Shown here one piece after another: positions 38,391 to 47,898 of a stretch of DNA of 64,000 nt; the first letter of the stretch is position 1; each line of letters begins with the position of its first letter. The notes beneath the pieces are model-generated. The model was not told the origin of the DNA. It made no database searches and worked only from the letters and a program-made list of their open reading frames with translations. A program made the position numbers and the translations under genes. This DNA comes from Candidatus Bathyarchaeota archaeon (lineage in GTDB: Archaea; Thermoproteota; Bathyarchaeia; 40CM-2-53-6), in assembly GCA_963726255.1 (NCBI GenBank), contig CAVSBL010000002.1, forward strand, positions 1,984,001-2,048,000, read 5' to 3'.

Positions 38391-39352
38391 TCCTGTGAAG
38401 TTTAGCTCACTGGCTACAACTTGCAGAAGCTCGACGGTGCCGATTGCAAGTGCCACAACGACTGAAATGATTGTTACCGTTAGGTGGTAGTAGATTTTTC
38501 GAATGGAATTGATGAAAGCCCAACCGTAAGCGAGCCGCATCGCCACGCCATCGGTTGTATCAATCAGAACCATTCCGCACGTGAACATGAAAGGCAAGAC
38601 TAGGATCATCCAAATTGGGATGGAGGATGAGACGCCAACCCCGACGCTTATTGCGATTAGGGCGATCTCGGTGGCTGTGTCAAAGCCCAACCCGAAAATG
38701 ACTCCGATAGGGTATATCTGCCAAGGCCTCTTGACGATTTTGAATAGAGGCCGGAAATAACGGTTCAAGAACCCTCATTTGTCGAGAAGGTTCTCAAGTT
38801 CAGACGGTTCTAACTTGCCCTGTTTCATGACTTTGTAGATTCGGTAAATGCCAAGAACGATGACAAGGTTGACTATGCCCATCAGCCACAGAAAGACTCC
38901 GGAAACGGTAGTGCCAATTATGGCTCCACCACTCGCCAAGGCAGGTATGTCTCCGATTACCGTTCTAGTTGCGAATACTAGTGCCACGATAAGCGCAACC
39001 ACCACGGTCGAGTGGCCCAACGAGAACCACAATCCGACGGTAAGGGGGGATGCTTGTCTTGTACCAGTTTCCGAGTCGTATTGTCGATCGCCGCTATATG
39101 GTCCGCGTCCACACCGTGGCGTAACCCAAAAACGTAAGTTATGACCCCGAGCCCCGCGAGCAAAACAGAAAATCTACCTACGACAGCGGAAGCTATGAAA
39201 CCGATTAATGTTGCAACGCCAATCAACGAATAAACGATGCCGATCTTGAGCTTCTCATCAAGCGACAGTCCCTCCTTAGAATCTACAACCCCTCTATCGC
39301 TTGACACCTTGAGCGACCGCTCCTTCCTGGTTCGAGGAAACGATGCTTCCAT
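38390..39352 (-). pseudogene. HoxN/NixA (NiCoT) nickel-cobalt transporter, disrupted
   Basis: LRHGVDADHIAAID, FSLGHSTVV, GLGFDTATE motifs spread over three ORFs. Frameshift at the C6 run (39044-39049), in-frame TGA at 38775-38777, C-terminus lost near 38390. Confidence 0.85.
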
Positions 39353-39504
39353 AACCTTGTAATTTTCGGTTTCGGCTCACATTCTCATTAGATTCTGATT
39401 CTTGGAGTACAGTCCCGTGAGGCTGCTAGAGAGTTAGGTAACTGTAGGTGACCTCGGGCTGGCAGAAAGCTGCCGTTGAGTTTTAGCTGTCCCGGTGGGC
39501 TTCT

Positions 39505-41490
39505 TCATCTAGAACGCAAGCGGCGTGTTCGGGTGCTAGTGGTTCTTCGCCGAATTACCTTCCTGCCGGATTCGCGTGCTCCTTTTCTCATGAGCAGCCA
39601 CGCAAGTGTGACACCTACGAGTATCCCGAGAGAAGCTGCGAGAATTAGGTAAATCGGCCCGCCGCCAAGCAGTACCGGTGGAGTACCCTGAGACAAGCTG
39701 CTCATCATATTGTTCGCTGTAGACTCGGCTTGTAGAACAGACGCCAACGCCCCTACATAGTCCATTTGATTGTATTTTGTGTCAACGTCTCTTAGTTGAG
39801 TGAGTATCTGGCCTACGTCAGCTCCTCTTTGGGCGAGTTGGTTCATGGTTGATTGGACTTGTTGGTAGATGCTATCCACGTGGGCGCGGCGCAACATGTC
39901 TTTGTCCGCTTGGCCGAATGAATCATCATATGTGAAATAACTCATCGGGGTCAGAATGAAATTTCCTATGGGCCCGAAGTCGAAAGGATGTGGTAATCCA
40001 AGCATGTGGCCCGCTTCATGGATCACGTCATGGGTGAAACCCAAACCTTTGCCCTGTTGGGGCGGGGTTATCAAATCGCCTCTTGCGAACTCGTATTGGC
40101 TGAAAGATACGAAGGCTATGTCGCCTAATGCGACGCCGCCAATCGGAGTAATGAGCCATTTGTCTGTGAAAGCCATAGTCGTTTCATTGCTGAAGGCGAA
40201 TAAATAGACTGGAACAGTGTATCTGGTTCTATCGCGGCGGTAGTTTGGTTCGAAAACATTGATGTTGTCCTGGAAGTATCGGTAAACGGGTCTTCCGTCG
40301 ACAATGCCGTATTGTTGGGGTTGGGCGAATTCAACGCCATACGTGAATGAGTCGGCGTAGTGGTAACTTGAATGAAGCATCGCTTGAAGAGTGGGATATT
40401 TGGCTAGGTCCTCAAAGGTTACGGAGACATCAATCTTGGAATACGGCACTAGGTTTTCGAACGCTTGTTTGACGACGTTGCCGTCTACTGTTGACCGAAT
40501 GTCAACCGCATTCTTTTCGGCTGCAGTTCTGTTGTCAAAGACGTGAATATCGAAACTATATTCTTGTGAATAAACCGGGTCATAGATGAGAGGTGGGGTG
40601 ACTAGGTTCAGCATTGCTTGTGAAGTGTAGTCGGCGAGGTATTCTGAGAACCAGAGCTTCCCGTATGGGCTGTGGAGGTCGTAATTATTGTCTCTGAGCG
40701 CGATTTGGATTGGCAGTTCTTCAGGATATGACGTGAAGCAGGGGCCAGCGCTGAGGTCGTTAAACCAGAATCTATGCACGCCGCCCCAGCCAGACATAAA
40801 ATCGCGGTACCGCAGGTTGTAACCGAGGTCTGTGTCAGTGTAACTGACACCGTAGTAGTGTGCTGTGCCATTGGGCGTCCCATACCTTGACGTTTTCAGG
40901 AAAGCGCTATAGTTTTCAAAATCGTACGAAGGTAGTTGAGTGAGGTTCAACCACATCATCGTCCAGCCATTAGATGGGAAGCCTCCCAAATCCTGCTGGT
41001 TGTTGTAAATCCAGTTCTCAACCTGATTGGCGTCATAAACGACGTAGTTCATAGAGTGATAGCCTTGAGATACGTAGCCCGTGGACGGGTCCTGCTGGTA
41101 ATAGTAGAACCACGGGTTCACGCCTGTCTTCGCTACTTGAATGCTCTGAAGGTATGAAATGAGTTTCGACTTGAACGCGTCGCTTGCGAAGGCGTAAGTA
41201 TAATCTACTTTGTAGACGACGCCGGTCAGGTATGGCTGCGGGGATAAGACTTGCCCGTAGATCGTGGTCGGAATGTTCACGTTCCATTTGCTGTAGTCAA
41301 GGTCAACCGTTGCCGGGTCAATGCCAACAAAGACAACCTTAACTGGAATCGAAACTACACGGGTTCCATTTGCAGCACCGATCGAGCCGCCGATGCCGTC
41401 AAGTGGATGTGTACTGGAATAGACTTGGTTCGGGACGAATAATAGGCCAATGATTGCCAAGCACAATAGGACCAAACAGCTTCTTTTCAA
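39505..41490 (-). CDS. Secreted, membrane-anchored zinc metalloprotease-like protein
   Basis: Signal peptide; HEAGHMLGLPH (HExxHxxGxxH) and Met-turn PMSY; C-terminal TM helix plus basic tail. Confidence 0.75.
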   Translation of the reverse strand: MKRSCLVLLCLAIIGLLFVPNQVYSSTHPLDGIGGSIGAANGTRVVSIPVKVVFVGIDPATVDLDYSKWNVNIPTTIYGQVLSPQPYLTGVVYKVDYTYAFASDAFKSKLISYLQSIQVAKTGVNPWFYYYQQDPSTGYVSQGYHSMNYVVYDANQVENWIYNNQQDLGGFPSNGWTMMWLNLTQLPSYDFENYSAFLKTSRYGTPNGTAHYYGVSYTDTDLGYNLRYRDFMSGWGGVHRFWFNDLSAGPCFTSYPEELPIQIALRDNNYDLHSPYGKLWFSEYLADYTSQAMLNLVTPPLIYDPVYSQEYSFDIHVFDNRTAAEKNAVDIRSTVDGNVVKQAFENLVPYSKIDVSVTFEDLAKYPTLQAMLHSSYHYADSFTYGVEFAQPQQYGIVDGRPVYRYFQDNINVFEPNYRRDRTRYTVPVYLFAFSNETTMAFTDKWLITPIGGVALGDIAFVSFSQYEFARGDLITPPQQGKGLGFTHDVIHEAGHMLGLPHPFDFGPIGNFILTPMSYFTYDDSFGQADKDMLRRAHVDSIYQQVQSTMNQLAQRGADVGQILTQLRDVDTKYNQMDYVGALASVLQAESTANNMMSSLSQGTPPVLLGGGPIYLILAASLGILVGVTLAWLLMRKGARESGRKVIRRRTTSTRTRRLRSR

Positions 41491-41731
41491 ATTATTTCAT
41501 TCCTTTGATTTCAGAACGAGTTCTGACATACCGGAGCGCTAAGACAAACCCAGGTTTCTCCAGCCAAAGGCCAGAGAGTTCAACATAAGAATTGCTCTCG
41601 CCTCTGCTTCTCATATTCTTGGGCCTGTGTAGGCAAGGTTCAACAGCCATCCTACCAGCTGCTAGGTCGCGATGAGTACTTCTCTCGATTTTCAAGCTTC
41701 GACGATGCGTGGAATGAGGGAAAACTAAAAT

Positions 41732-41764
41732 ATTAGGATAACCCTAACTTAGGGCATACCTAAT
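41732..41764 (+). promoter_or_regulatory. Tandem DtxR/MntR-type operator
   Basis: Two palindromes TTAGG-N5-CCTAA (41733-41747 and 41749-41763), ending 19 nt before the ATG of an operon that ends in a DtxR-family gene. Confidence 0.75.
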
Positions 41765-41782
41765 CCGACGGGAGCATATTTC

Positions 41783-42739
41783 ATGAGAGGCCGATACCTA
41801 GCGATCGCTGGTATTATTCTAGTAGCCGTCTTGGGAATGTCGGGTGCTTACGTATTCTTTGCGAGCTCACAAGGTCTGGCTTCGTCGACTGCGAGTTCGG
41901 AACAGGGCCGGCTGAAGGTGCTAGCCACTTTCTTCCCGGTATATGATTTCACACGGAACGTGGGAGGAGACAGGATTGACCTGTCGCTTTTGGTTCCTGA
42001 GACGGTGGATGTGCATGAATTCGAGCCCACCCCATCAGCTGTACTGGATGTCGCCAGCGCAAACGTAATTGTCTTCAGCGGCGCTGGACTCGAGCCTTGG
42101 ATTCCTCAGTTAGTTAAGGCTGCAGGCAGTCCAAACCTTGTCGTCGTTGACTCAAGCGCTGGTATACCCTTTCTGCCGGTTCCACCGCAATTCCAAAAGG
42201 ACAACCGAACGGTTGACCCACACATGTGGTTGGACCCTGTCTTAGCAAAAATGCAAGTCACAAATATCCTTCGGGGGCTATCCCAAGCCGACCCAGCTGA
42301 CGCCAACTACTTCGCGGCTAATGCGCGGGCTTACGACGCTAAACTCGACTTCCTAAATGATGAAATCATCAATGCGACGGCGAATGTGAAAACCCGATAT
42401 TTTGTAACCTTCCATGAAGCCTTCGGTTACTTCGCCCAGCAGTATAATCTAACCCAAATTCCAATCGCAGGACCCTTCGAAGAGGAACCAACCCCAGGCG
42501 ACATTCAGAACGTAATCAATGCGATTCACCAATACCAACTCTGCTACGTTGGCTACGAATCCTTACAGAATCCAGCAATCGCCCAGTCGGTAGCGAGCCA
42601 AACGAAAGCCACCCTCGTTCTAATGGACCCAATCGAGGGCCTCACCCAGGCAGACCACGTGGCGGGGAAAACGTACCTCATCAAAATGCAGGATGACCTG
42701 CAAGTATTCATGTTGGTGTTGAACCATGTCGGCTGCTAA
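41783..42739 (+). CDS. Zn/Mn ABC transporter substrate-binding protein (ZnuA/TroA family)
   Basis: DVHEFEPTP, DPHMWLDP, FHEAFGYF. Confidence 0.92.
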   Translation: MRGRYLAIAGIILVAVLGMSGAYVFFASSQGLASSTASSEQGRLKVLATFFPVYDFTRNVGGDRIDLSLLVPETVDVHEFEPTPSAVLDVASANVIVFSGAGLEPWIPQLVKAAGSPNLVVVDSSAGIPFLPVPPQFQKDNRTVDPHMWLDPVLAKMQVTNILRGLSQADPADANYFAANARAYDAKLDFLNDEIINATANVKTRYFVTFHEAFGYFAQQYNLTQIPIAGPFEEEPTPGDIQNVINAIHQYQLCYVGYESLQNPAIAQSVASQTKATLVLMDPIEGLTQADHVAGKTYLIKMQDDLQVFMLVLNHVGC

Positions 42740-43484
42740 GCCCATTGCTGAGCTCTCAGATGTTACAGTTCAGTACCCAAACGGGGTACGAGCGTTAGAT
42801 CACATCAATCTCACGATTGACGAGAAAGACCTGGTCGGTTTGATAGGGCCGAACGGCGCGGGAAAATCAACGTTGCTCGGCGTGATTCTTGGTTTGATCA
42901 GGCCGACCTCAGGTTTGGTAAAGTTATTCGGTGAAGCGATCTCATCAAGTAACCTGAGAAGGGTGGGGTTCGTACCACAGACTGTGCAGTCTTCTATCGC
43001 CGATTTTCCTGCGACTGTGTTTGAGGCAGTGCTCTTTGGCAGAATCCCACGGGCTCGGCGGTTGCATCGACTTGGGAAAGATGATTACAAGAAAGTCGAG
43101 GAGTCGCTGGAACTCATGGAGATATCAGAGCTCAGGGGGAGAAAACTGGGCCAACTTTCAGGCGGGCAACTGCAACGTGTGCTCGTAGCGAAGGCGCTGA
43201 CTCTCAATCCTGAGTTACTTTTGCTGGATGAACCGACCAGCGGGGCAGATGTGCACTCCAAAACTGAATTCTATGATTTGCTCAGGCGGGTTAACAACGA
43301 ACATGGGACGACAGTGGTTCTCTCTTCCCACGATGTGGGAATAGTGACCAACTTGGTCAAGAGGGTGGTTTGCATAAACACTGTGCTGTTCTTCTGCGGG
43401 CTCAGGTCAGAGTTTACGCCGAGTGTACTCAGCCAAACCTACAACTATTCGGCGGCGGTCATTGAACATGGTACTCACATTTGA
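42726..43484 (+). CDS. Zn/Mn ABC transporter ATP-binding protein
   Basis: GPNGAGKST, LSGGQLQR, LLLDEP. Confidence 0.92.
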   Translation: MSAAKPIAELSDVTVQYPNGVRALDHINLTIDEKDLVGLIGPNGAGKSTLLGVILGLIRPTSGLVKLFGEAISSSNLRRVGFVPQTVQSSIADFPATVFEAVLFGRIPRARRLHRLGKDDYKKVEESLELMEISELRGRKLGQLSGGQLQRVLVAKALTLNPELLLLDEPTSGADVHSKTEFYDLLRRVNNEHGTTVVLSSHDVGIVTNLVKRVVCINTVLFFCGLRSEFTPSVLSQTYNYSAAVIEHGTHI

Positions 43485-44331
43485 CGTGTTCCTTTCGATG
43501 ATGGCCCAGGGGTTCATACAAAGAGCCTTCATAATCGGCATTGTAGTGGCGTTGCTCAGTTCAGTCCTAAGCGTTTTCATTGTACTCAAGAGAATCTCTT
43601 TGATTGGAGACGGACTGGCGCACACCGCATTCGGTGGCCTCGCCTTAGGCTATTACTTGGATCTCGTGCCGCTCTGGGTGGCTGGCGTTATCGTCATCCT
43701 TGGCTCCATAGGGATAACGAAGGTCACTCGGTCCTCCAAGATTTCGGGGGATGCAGCAGTCGCAATATTCCTTCAACTCGGCCTTGCTTCCGGTATAGTG
43801 CTCCTCAGCCTGGCGCGCGGCTTCGGGTTCAGCCTAGAAAGCCTCCTTTTCGGTAGCATTCTATTGGTGAGCGGCGACCAGATTCTATACGCAGTAATCG
43901 TTCTCGCAGCAACTCTAATTGTAGTTTTCATTTTCTTCAAAGAGCTGGTCTACACTATCTTCGACGAGACCCAAGCAAAAGCCTCAGGTATCAAGACATG
44001 GTTCTTCGACTACCTCATCAGCATACTGGCGGGAATGGCGATAATTGTATCAATTCCAATAGTTGGCGTACTGTTAATTTCCGCCCTGCTGGTTCTCCCA
44101 GCCGTCACCAGCATGCAAGTCAGCAGCTCATTCAGACAGACCGTTATTCTGTCGCCAGTAGTTGGGTTACTGAGCGTGATACTCGGACTCTGCGCATCAG
44201 TTATCTTGGATACCGCATCGGGTGCAACCATCGTGCTCGTGGGCCTGGCTCTCTTTCTTCTTTCGGTACTCATCAAGAGGACATTCATCACTAAGCGTTA
44301 TGAATCTGTTCGGACAGAAGGAGGTACATGA
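43468..44331 (+). CDS. Zn/Mn ABC transporter permease (ABC-3)
   Basis: SLIGDGLAHTAFGG, LLFGSIL, VGVLLISALL. ATG at 43468. Confidence 0.92.
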   Translation: MVLTFDVFLSMMAQGFIQRAFIIGIVVALLSSVLSVFIVLKRISLIGDGLAHTAFGGLALGYYLDLVPLWVAGVIVILGSIGITKVTRSSKISGDAAVAIFLQLGLASGIVLLSLARGFGFSLESLLFGSILLVSGDQILYAVIVLAATLIVVFIFFKELVYTIFDETQAKASGIKTWFFDYLISILAGMAIIVSIPIVGVLLISALLVLPAVTSMQVSSSFRQTVILSPVVGLLSVILGLCASVILDTASGATIVLVGLALFLLSVLIKRTFITKRYESVRTEGGT

Positions 44332-44744
44332 GCTTGATTGACCTAAGCCGATCCGAAGTCGCATACCTGGAAATGATCTATCGACTGAACGAAACTCACG
44401 AAACAACATCAGTCTCGGCCTTAGCGAAGAAGTTTGGTGTCAGGCTACCCAGCGCGATTGAAATCCTAAGCAGGCTTGAGAAGAAGGGGCTCGTCACTAA
44501 GAAACCCTGGAGGACACCGGAATTGAGTAAACGAGGGGCGGAGCTCGCAGAATCTGTCATGCACCAACACAGAATACTCGAGCTTTACCTTAACAAGAAG
44601 CTAGGCTTGGGTTCTGACCTATCTTGTGCGCAAGCAAGCAAAATCGACTACTTACTCGACGGGGCAGTTGTTGAGAGGATGTGCAAGGTACTAAACCGAC
44701 CGTCGAGATGCCTTCACGGAAACCCAATCCGACACGGCGATTGA
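44328..44744 (+). CDS. DtxR/MntR-family metal-dependent repressor
   Basis: YLEMIY, HTH, HRILELYL, PSRCLHGNPI. Confidence 0.9.
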   Translation: MSLIDLSRSEVAYLEMIYRLNETHETTSVSALAKKFGVRLPSAIEILSRLEKKGLVTKKPWRTPELSKRGAELAESVMHQHRILELYLNKKLGLGSDLSCAQASKIDYLLDGAVVERMCKVLNRPSRCLHGNPIRHGD

Positions 44745-44896
44745 ATCTAACTCGAAGCTCAATCTGAACTTTCCTCCGCGTGATTTGCTCAAATAGAAAC
44801 GATCGTATCTTGTAATCAAGCCTGCGTTAGGCTTGGGTTTGGACCGAAGGGCATCTAAATAACTCGCTTGCTGACTAAAAGGTAAGGCCTGCTAGG

Positions 44897-46108
44897 TTGA
44901 AACTGCTGATTGCCGATCGGCTTCCACGTTCTCATGTCGACATGCTTCGTAATATTGTGGAAGAAGTAGAGTATGCTCCGGATTTGACTGCTGAATCGAT
45001 GCCTGAACACATTTCTGGCACGAGAATTCTCGTAGTGAGAGGAACCAAGGTTAGCAGTGACACGATTGAGAAAGATGTCGAATTAGAACTCATCGTGCGC
45101 GCAGGGACTGGAACCGAAAACATCGACTTGGACGCTGCCTCAGCACATGGGGTTTATGTGACGAATTGCCCAGACAAGAACTCAGCCGCCGTGGCCGAAC
45201 TGACTTTCGGCTTGCTACTGGCTGTAGACCGCCGTATCCCAGAACAGGACATGGCACTACGGGCGAGGAAGTGGGACAAATCAGATTATTCGAAGGCAGA
45301 CGGCCTGAAGGGCAAGGTCTTCGGCGTCATCGGTACGGGCGCAATTGGGAGGGAGGTAATCAAACGCGCCAAAGCTTTCGACATGCCGGTCGTCGCGTGG
45401 TCGCGCTCCCTCACCGATGAGAAGGCTGCTGAGCTCGGCGTCACTCGCGCCTCCACCATTGACGAATTAATTGAGAAATGTGACATCATTTCCCTTCACG
45501 TAGCCTTGACGCAGGAAACAACTCACTTATTGTCAGCGGAACGGCTTGCGAAGTTGAGGCCTGGGGCTATCATCCTGAATACTTCGCGCGGCGCTATCAC
45601 CGACAACGCTGCCTTAGTAGAAGCCCTGAAAAGTGGCCGGGTGCGCGCGGGGCTTGACGTGTACGAAGATGAACCAACAGAAGGTGAGGGAAAATTCGCG
45701 AGCGTCCTCGCCGCCGTCCCAAACTTGGTGGGAACACACCACATAGGGGCCTCTACAACCCAAGCGCAGGTCGCAACTGCGGGTGAAACTGTTCGGATTA
45801 TTGAAAAATACGTGAAGGCAGGAATCGTGGAAAATTGTGTGAACTTCGCCAAGGAAACACCGGCAGTCTACGAGCTAATCGTGAGGCATTACGATAAGAT
45901 AGGCGTGTTGACTAGGATTCTGACCGAGCTGAGGGAATCAAAAATCAGCGTCCACGAAGTGCACAATAGAATATTCGAGGGGGCCAAAGCAGCCGTCGCC
46001 CACATCCAACTCGACACCTATCCGCCGCAGGCAACACTCGATAAGATCTCCGCACGCAAAGACCAGATTATCAACCTGAAAATCGTGAAGCTTCAACCAG
46101 TATCCTAA
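44897..46108 (+). CDS. serA: D-3-phosphoglycerate dehydrogenase-like 2-hydroxyacid dehydrogenase with ACT domain
   Basis: RAGTGTENID, GTGAIG, NTSRG, LDVYEDEP, HIGAST, C-terminal ACT domain. Confidence 0.8.
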   Translation: MKLLIADRLPRSHVDMLRNIVEEVEYAPDLTAESMPEHISGTRILVVRGTKVSSDTIEKDVELELIVRAGTGTENIDLDAASAHGVYVTNCPDKNSAAVAELTFGLLLAVDRRIPEQDMALRARKWDKSDYSKADGLKGKVFGVIGTGAIGREVIKRAKAFDMPVVAWSRSLTDEKAAELGVTRASTIDELIEKCDIISLHVALTQETTHLLSAERLAKLRPGAIILNTSRGAITDNAALVEALKSGRVRAGLDVYEDEPTEGEGKFASVLAAVPNLVGTHHIGASTTQAQVATAGETVRIIEKYVKAGIVENCVNFAKETPAVYELIVRHYDKIGVLTRILTELRESKISVHEVHNRIFEGAKAAVAHIQLDTYPPQATLDKISARKDQIINLKIVKLQPVS

Positions 46109-46161
46109 GCAGAGAGCTATGCGTAACCTCGTAATGGAGTACTTTGGGGGTGGAGTGAGAG

Positions 46162-47040
46162 GTGCTATTCCTCGCCTTGGCGCTAATCATGGCGGCCGCC
46201 TTCTTGCACGCGGGCTGGAACGTTCTTGCCAAGGTCTCGAAGGACACATTCGCTTTGATGTGGTGGGCCAGTTTATTCGGGAGCTTCGGGTATGGCGCGT
46301 GGCTTCTAAGCGGTTCGGGCATATACCTTAATTCAGCTTCATTGGCGCCGTACCTGATCAGTGCCGCCGCTGAGACTGGATATTTCGTAACACTGGTTCG
46401 AGGGTACTCGGAGGGTGACCTATCGCTGGTCTACCCAATCTCACGTGGTTCCGCGCCAATTTTCGCAGCAATCTGGAGTGCATTGGTCTTTACGGAAAAA
46501 CTTCCTTTGTTAGGGTATGTGGGCGTCGCCCTGATTGTGTGTGGGATTTTCATTGTTTCAATCCCGATTAATCGCTCAGAGTCATTGGATGGTTCCTTGC
46601 GTGTCAGTTCGCTTTTTCGGAAAGATGCGGCAGGTTGGGCGCTTGCCTGCGCAGTTTTCATCTCAATTTTCTCCGTTTCTGATAAGGTCGCGGTGACGTA
46701 TACTCCACCGCTGATATACAACTGGTGGGTAGTAGCCGGCAATACCGTACTGTGGGTTCCCATAGTTTGGCGTAGATCCCGCCTGCGAACGAACCTTAAT
46801 GAACTCAGAACCAATTTCCGAGGCGTGATTGGGACAAGCATAGCCATGCCGAGTGCTTATGCGGCCGCATTAGCCGCGCTTGCCCTCACGAGCGCGAGCT
46901 ACGTAGTGGCCGGCCGTGGCTTTAGCGTAGTTATCGGCGCAGTTGTCGGAACATTGCTGTTGAAGGAGAGTTTCGGTTCCAACCGAATAATAGGTGCGGT
47001 AATAATGGTCACAGGCCTTGTACTGATTGCGTTTTCATAA
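46162..47040 (+). CDS. EamA/DMT-family transporter
   Basis: HAGWNVLAK, GDLSLVYPISRG, about 10 TM segments. Confidence 0.88.
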   Translation: MLFLALALIMAAAFLHAGWNVLAKVSKDTFALMWWASLFGSFGYGAWLLSGSGIYLNSASLAPYLISAAAETGYFVTLVRGYSEGDLSLVYPISRGSAPIFAAIWSALVFTEKLPLLGYVGVALIVCGIFIVSIPINRSESLDGSLRVSSLFRKDAAGWALACAVFISIFSVSDKVAVTYTPPLIYNWWVVAGNTVLWVPIVWRRSRLRTNLNELRTNFRGVIGTSIAMPSAYAAALAALALTSASYVVAGRGFSVVIGAVVGTLLLKESFGSNRIIGAVIMVTGLVLIAFS

Positions 47041-47103
47041 TAAGCGTCGGAGCGGTGTCGCTTTAAGAACAGGTTACACGTATTATCGGGTTGAGGAATA
47101 GGG

Positions 47104-47367
47104 ATGAAACCACTGAAATTACTCGTCTTAGCTGCCGTCGGTGGGATCGTGATCACCTTACTAACCGGTCTGCTGGAGAATACGCCGCAGATGTTGGTTG
47201 GTGCGGTGTGGTACGGGTACCCCCTTGCGTGGCTGGTGCGAATGGTCGTTGCGCCACAATATTTCCCATGGGTCGTACGGCTGCTGCGCCTAATCGCAGA
47301 CATCGTGTTCTGGGCCGTAATAGTGGCAATCATCCTCTTCGCTTACACGAAAACCAAAAAGAAGTAG
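47104..47367 (+). CDS. Small membrane protein
   Basis: Two TM helices, YGYPLAW motif, basic C-terminal tail. Confidence 0.65.
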   Translation: MKPLKLLVLAAVGGIVITLLTGLLENTPQMLVGAVWYGYPLAWLVRMVVAPQYFPWVVRLLRLIADIVFWAVIVAIILFAYTKTKKK

Positions 47368-47436
47368 CGGACGCTCGTCCGTTACTCTCCATTTCTTTCG
47401 TTGCATTCCCGTGAGGGTTGTCTCGATAAGCTAGGG

Positions 47437-47601
47437 TCAAGGTTCAATGTGCCAGAGTATGACCCCTATAGAAAATAGAATTACGCCGCCCAGACCGAAA
47501 ACTGATGCGAGTTGCATGAATCCGATTAGTGCGAGTAGTCCAGTCGCGAGGACCATAAGAAGTCCAAGCAAAATAAGGAGAATTGATGGCGTCAGGTGCA
47601 A
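47437..47601 (-). CDS. Putative 54-aa two-TM membrane protein (not in the ORF track)
   Basis: TTG...HLTPSILLILLGLLMVLATGLLALIGFMQLASVFGLGGVILFSIGVILWHIEP. TTAAAGA TATA-like element about 35 nt upstream. Confidence 0.45.
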   Translation of the reverse strand: MHLTPSILLILLGLLMVLATGLLALIGFMQLASVFGLGGVILFSIGVILWHIEP

Positions 47602-47898
47602 TTCTGCTATCAGCTTCCCCGTTGAAGCTCGTTATCTTTAAGGCCCAAGGTCATCTGGCTCGGACGCTATCCTGTAATAGTCACACTTATGGTCCCTGCT
47701 TCAAGGTCATAACGAGCCCCAACAAGGCTGATGCTGCCGGCGTCGAGGGCGTGTGAGATTATTGCGCTTGAAGACGTAAAGCTTATGCCATTGCTCGCGA
47801 AAATCTCACCTTGAAATTTGCTTGGACAGGTACAAAATCCTAATCATCCGTCTAGGCGTGATTTGACGTATTAGCCTCAACCATGGAGAAAGTAGGCC

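Noticed and set aside
38775-38777. In-frame TGA in the NiCoT gene as selenocysteine
   Set aside because: The position corresponds to Arg in a KRG motif, not Cys, and the gene has other inactivating lesions.
41492-41695. 67-aa ORF upstream of the metalloprotease
   Set aside because: No motif or compositional support; probably intergenic/promoter DNA.
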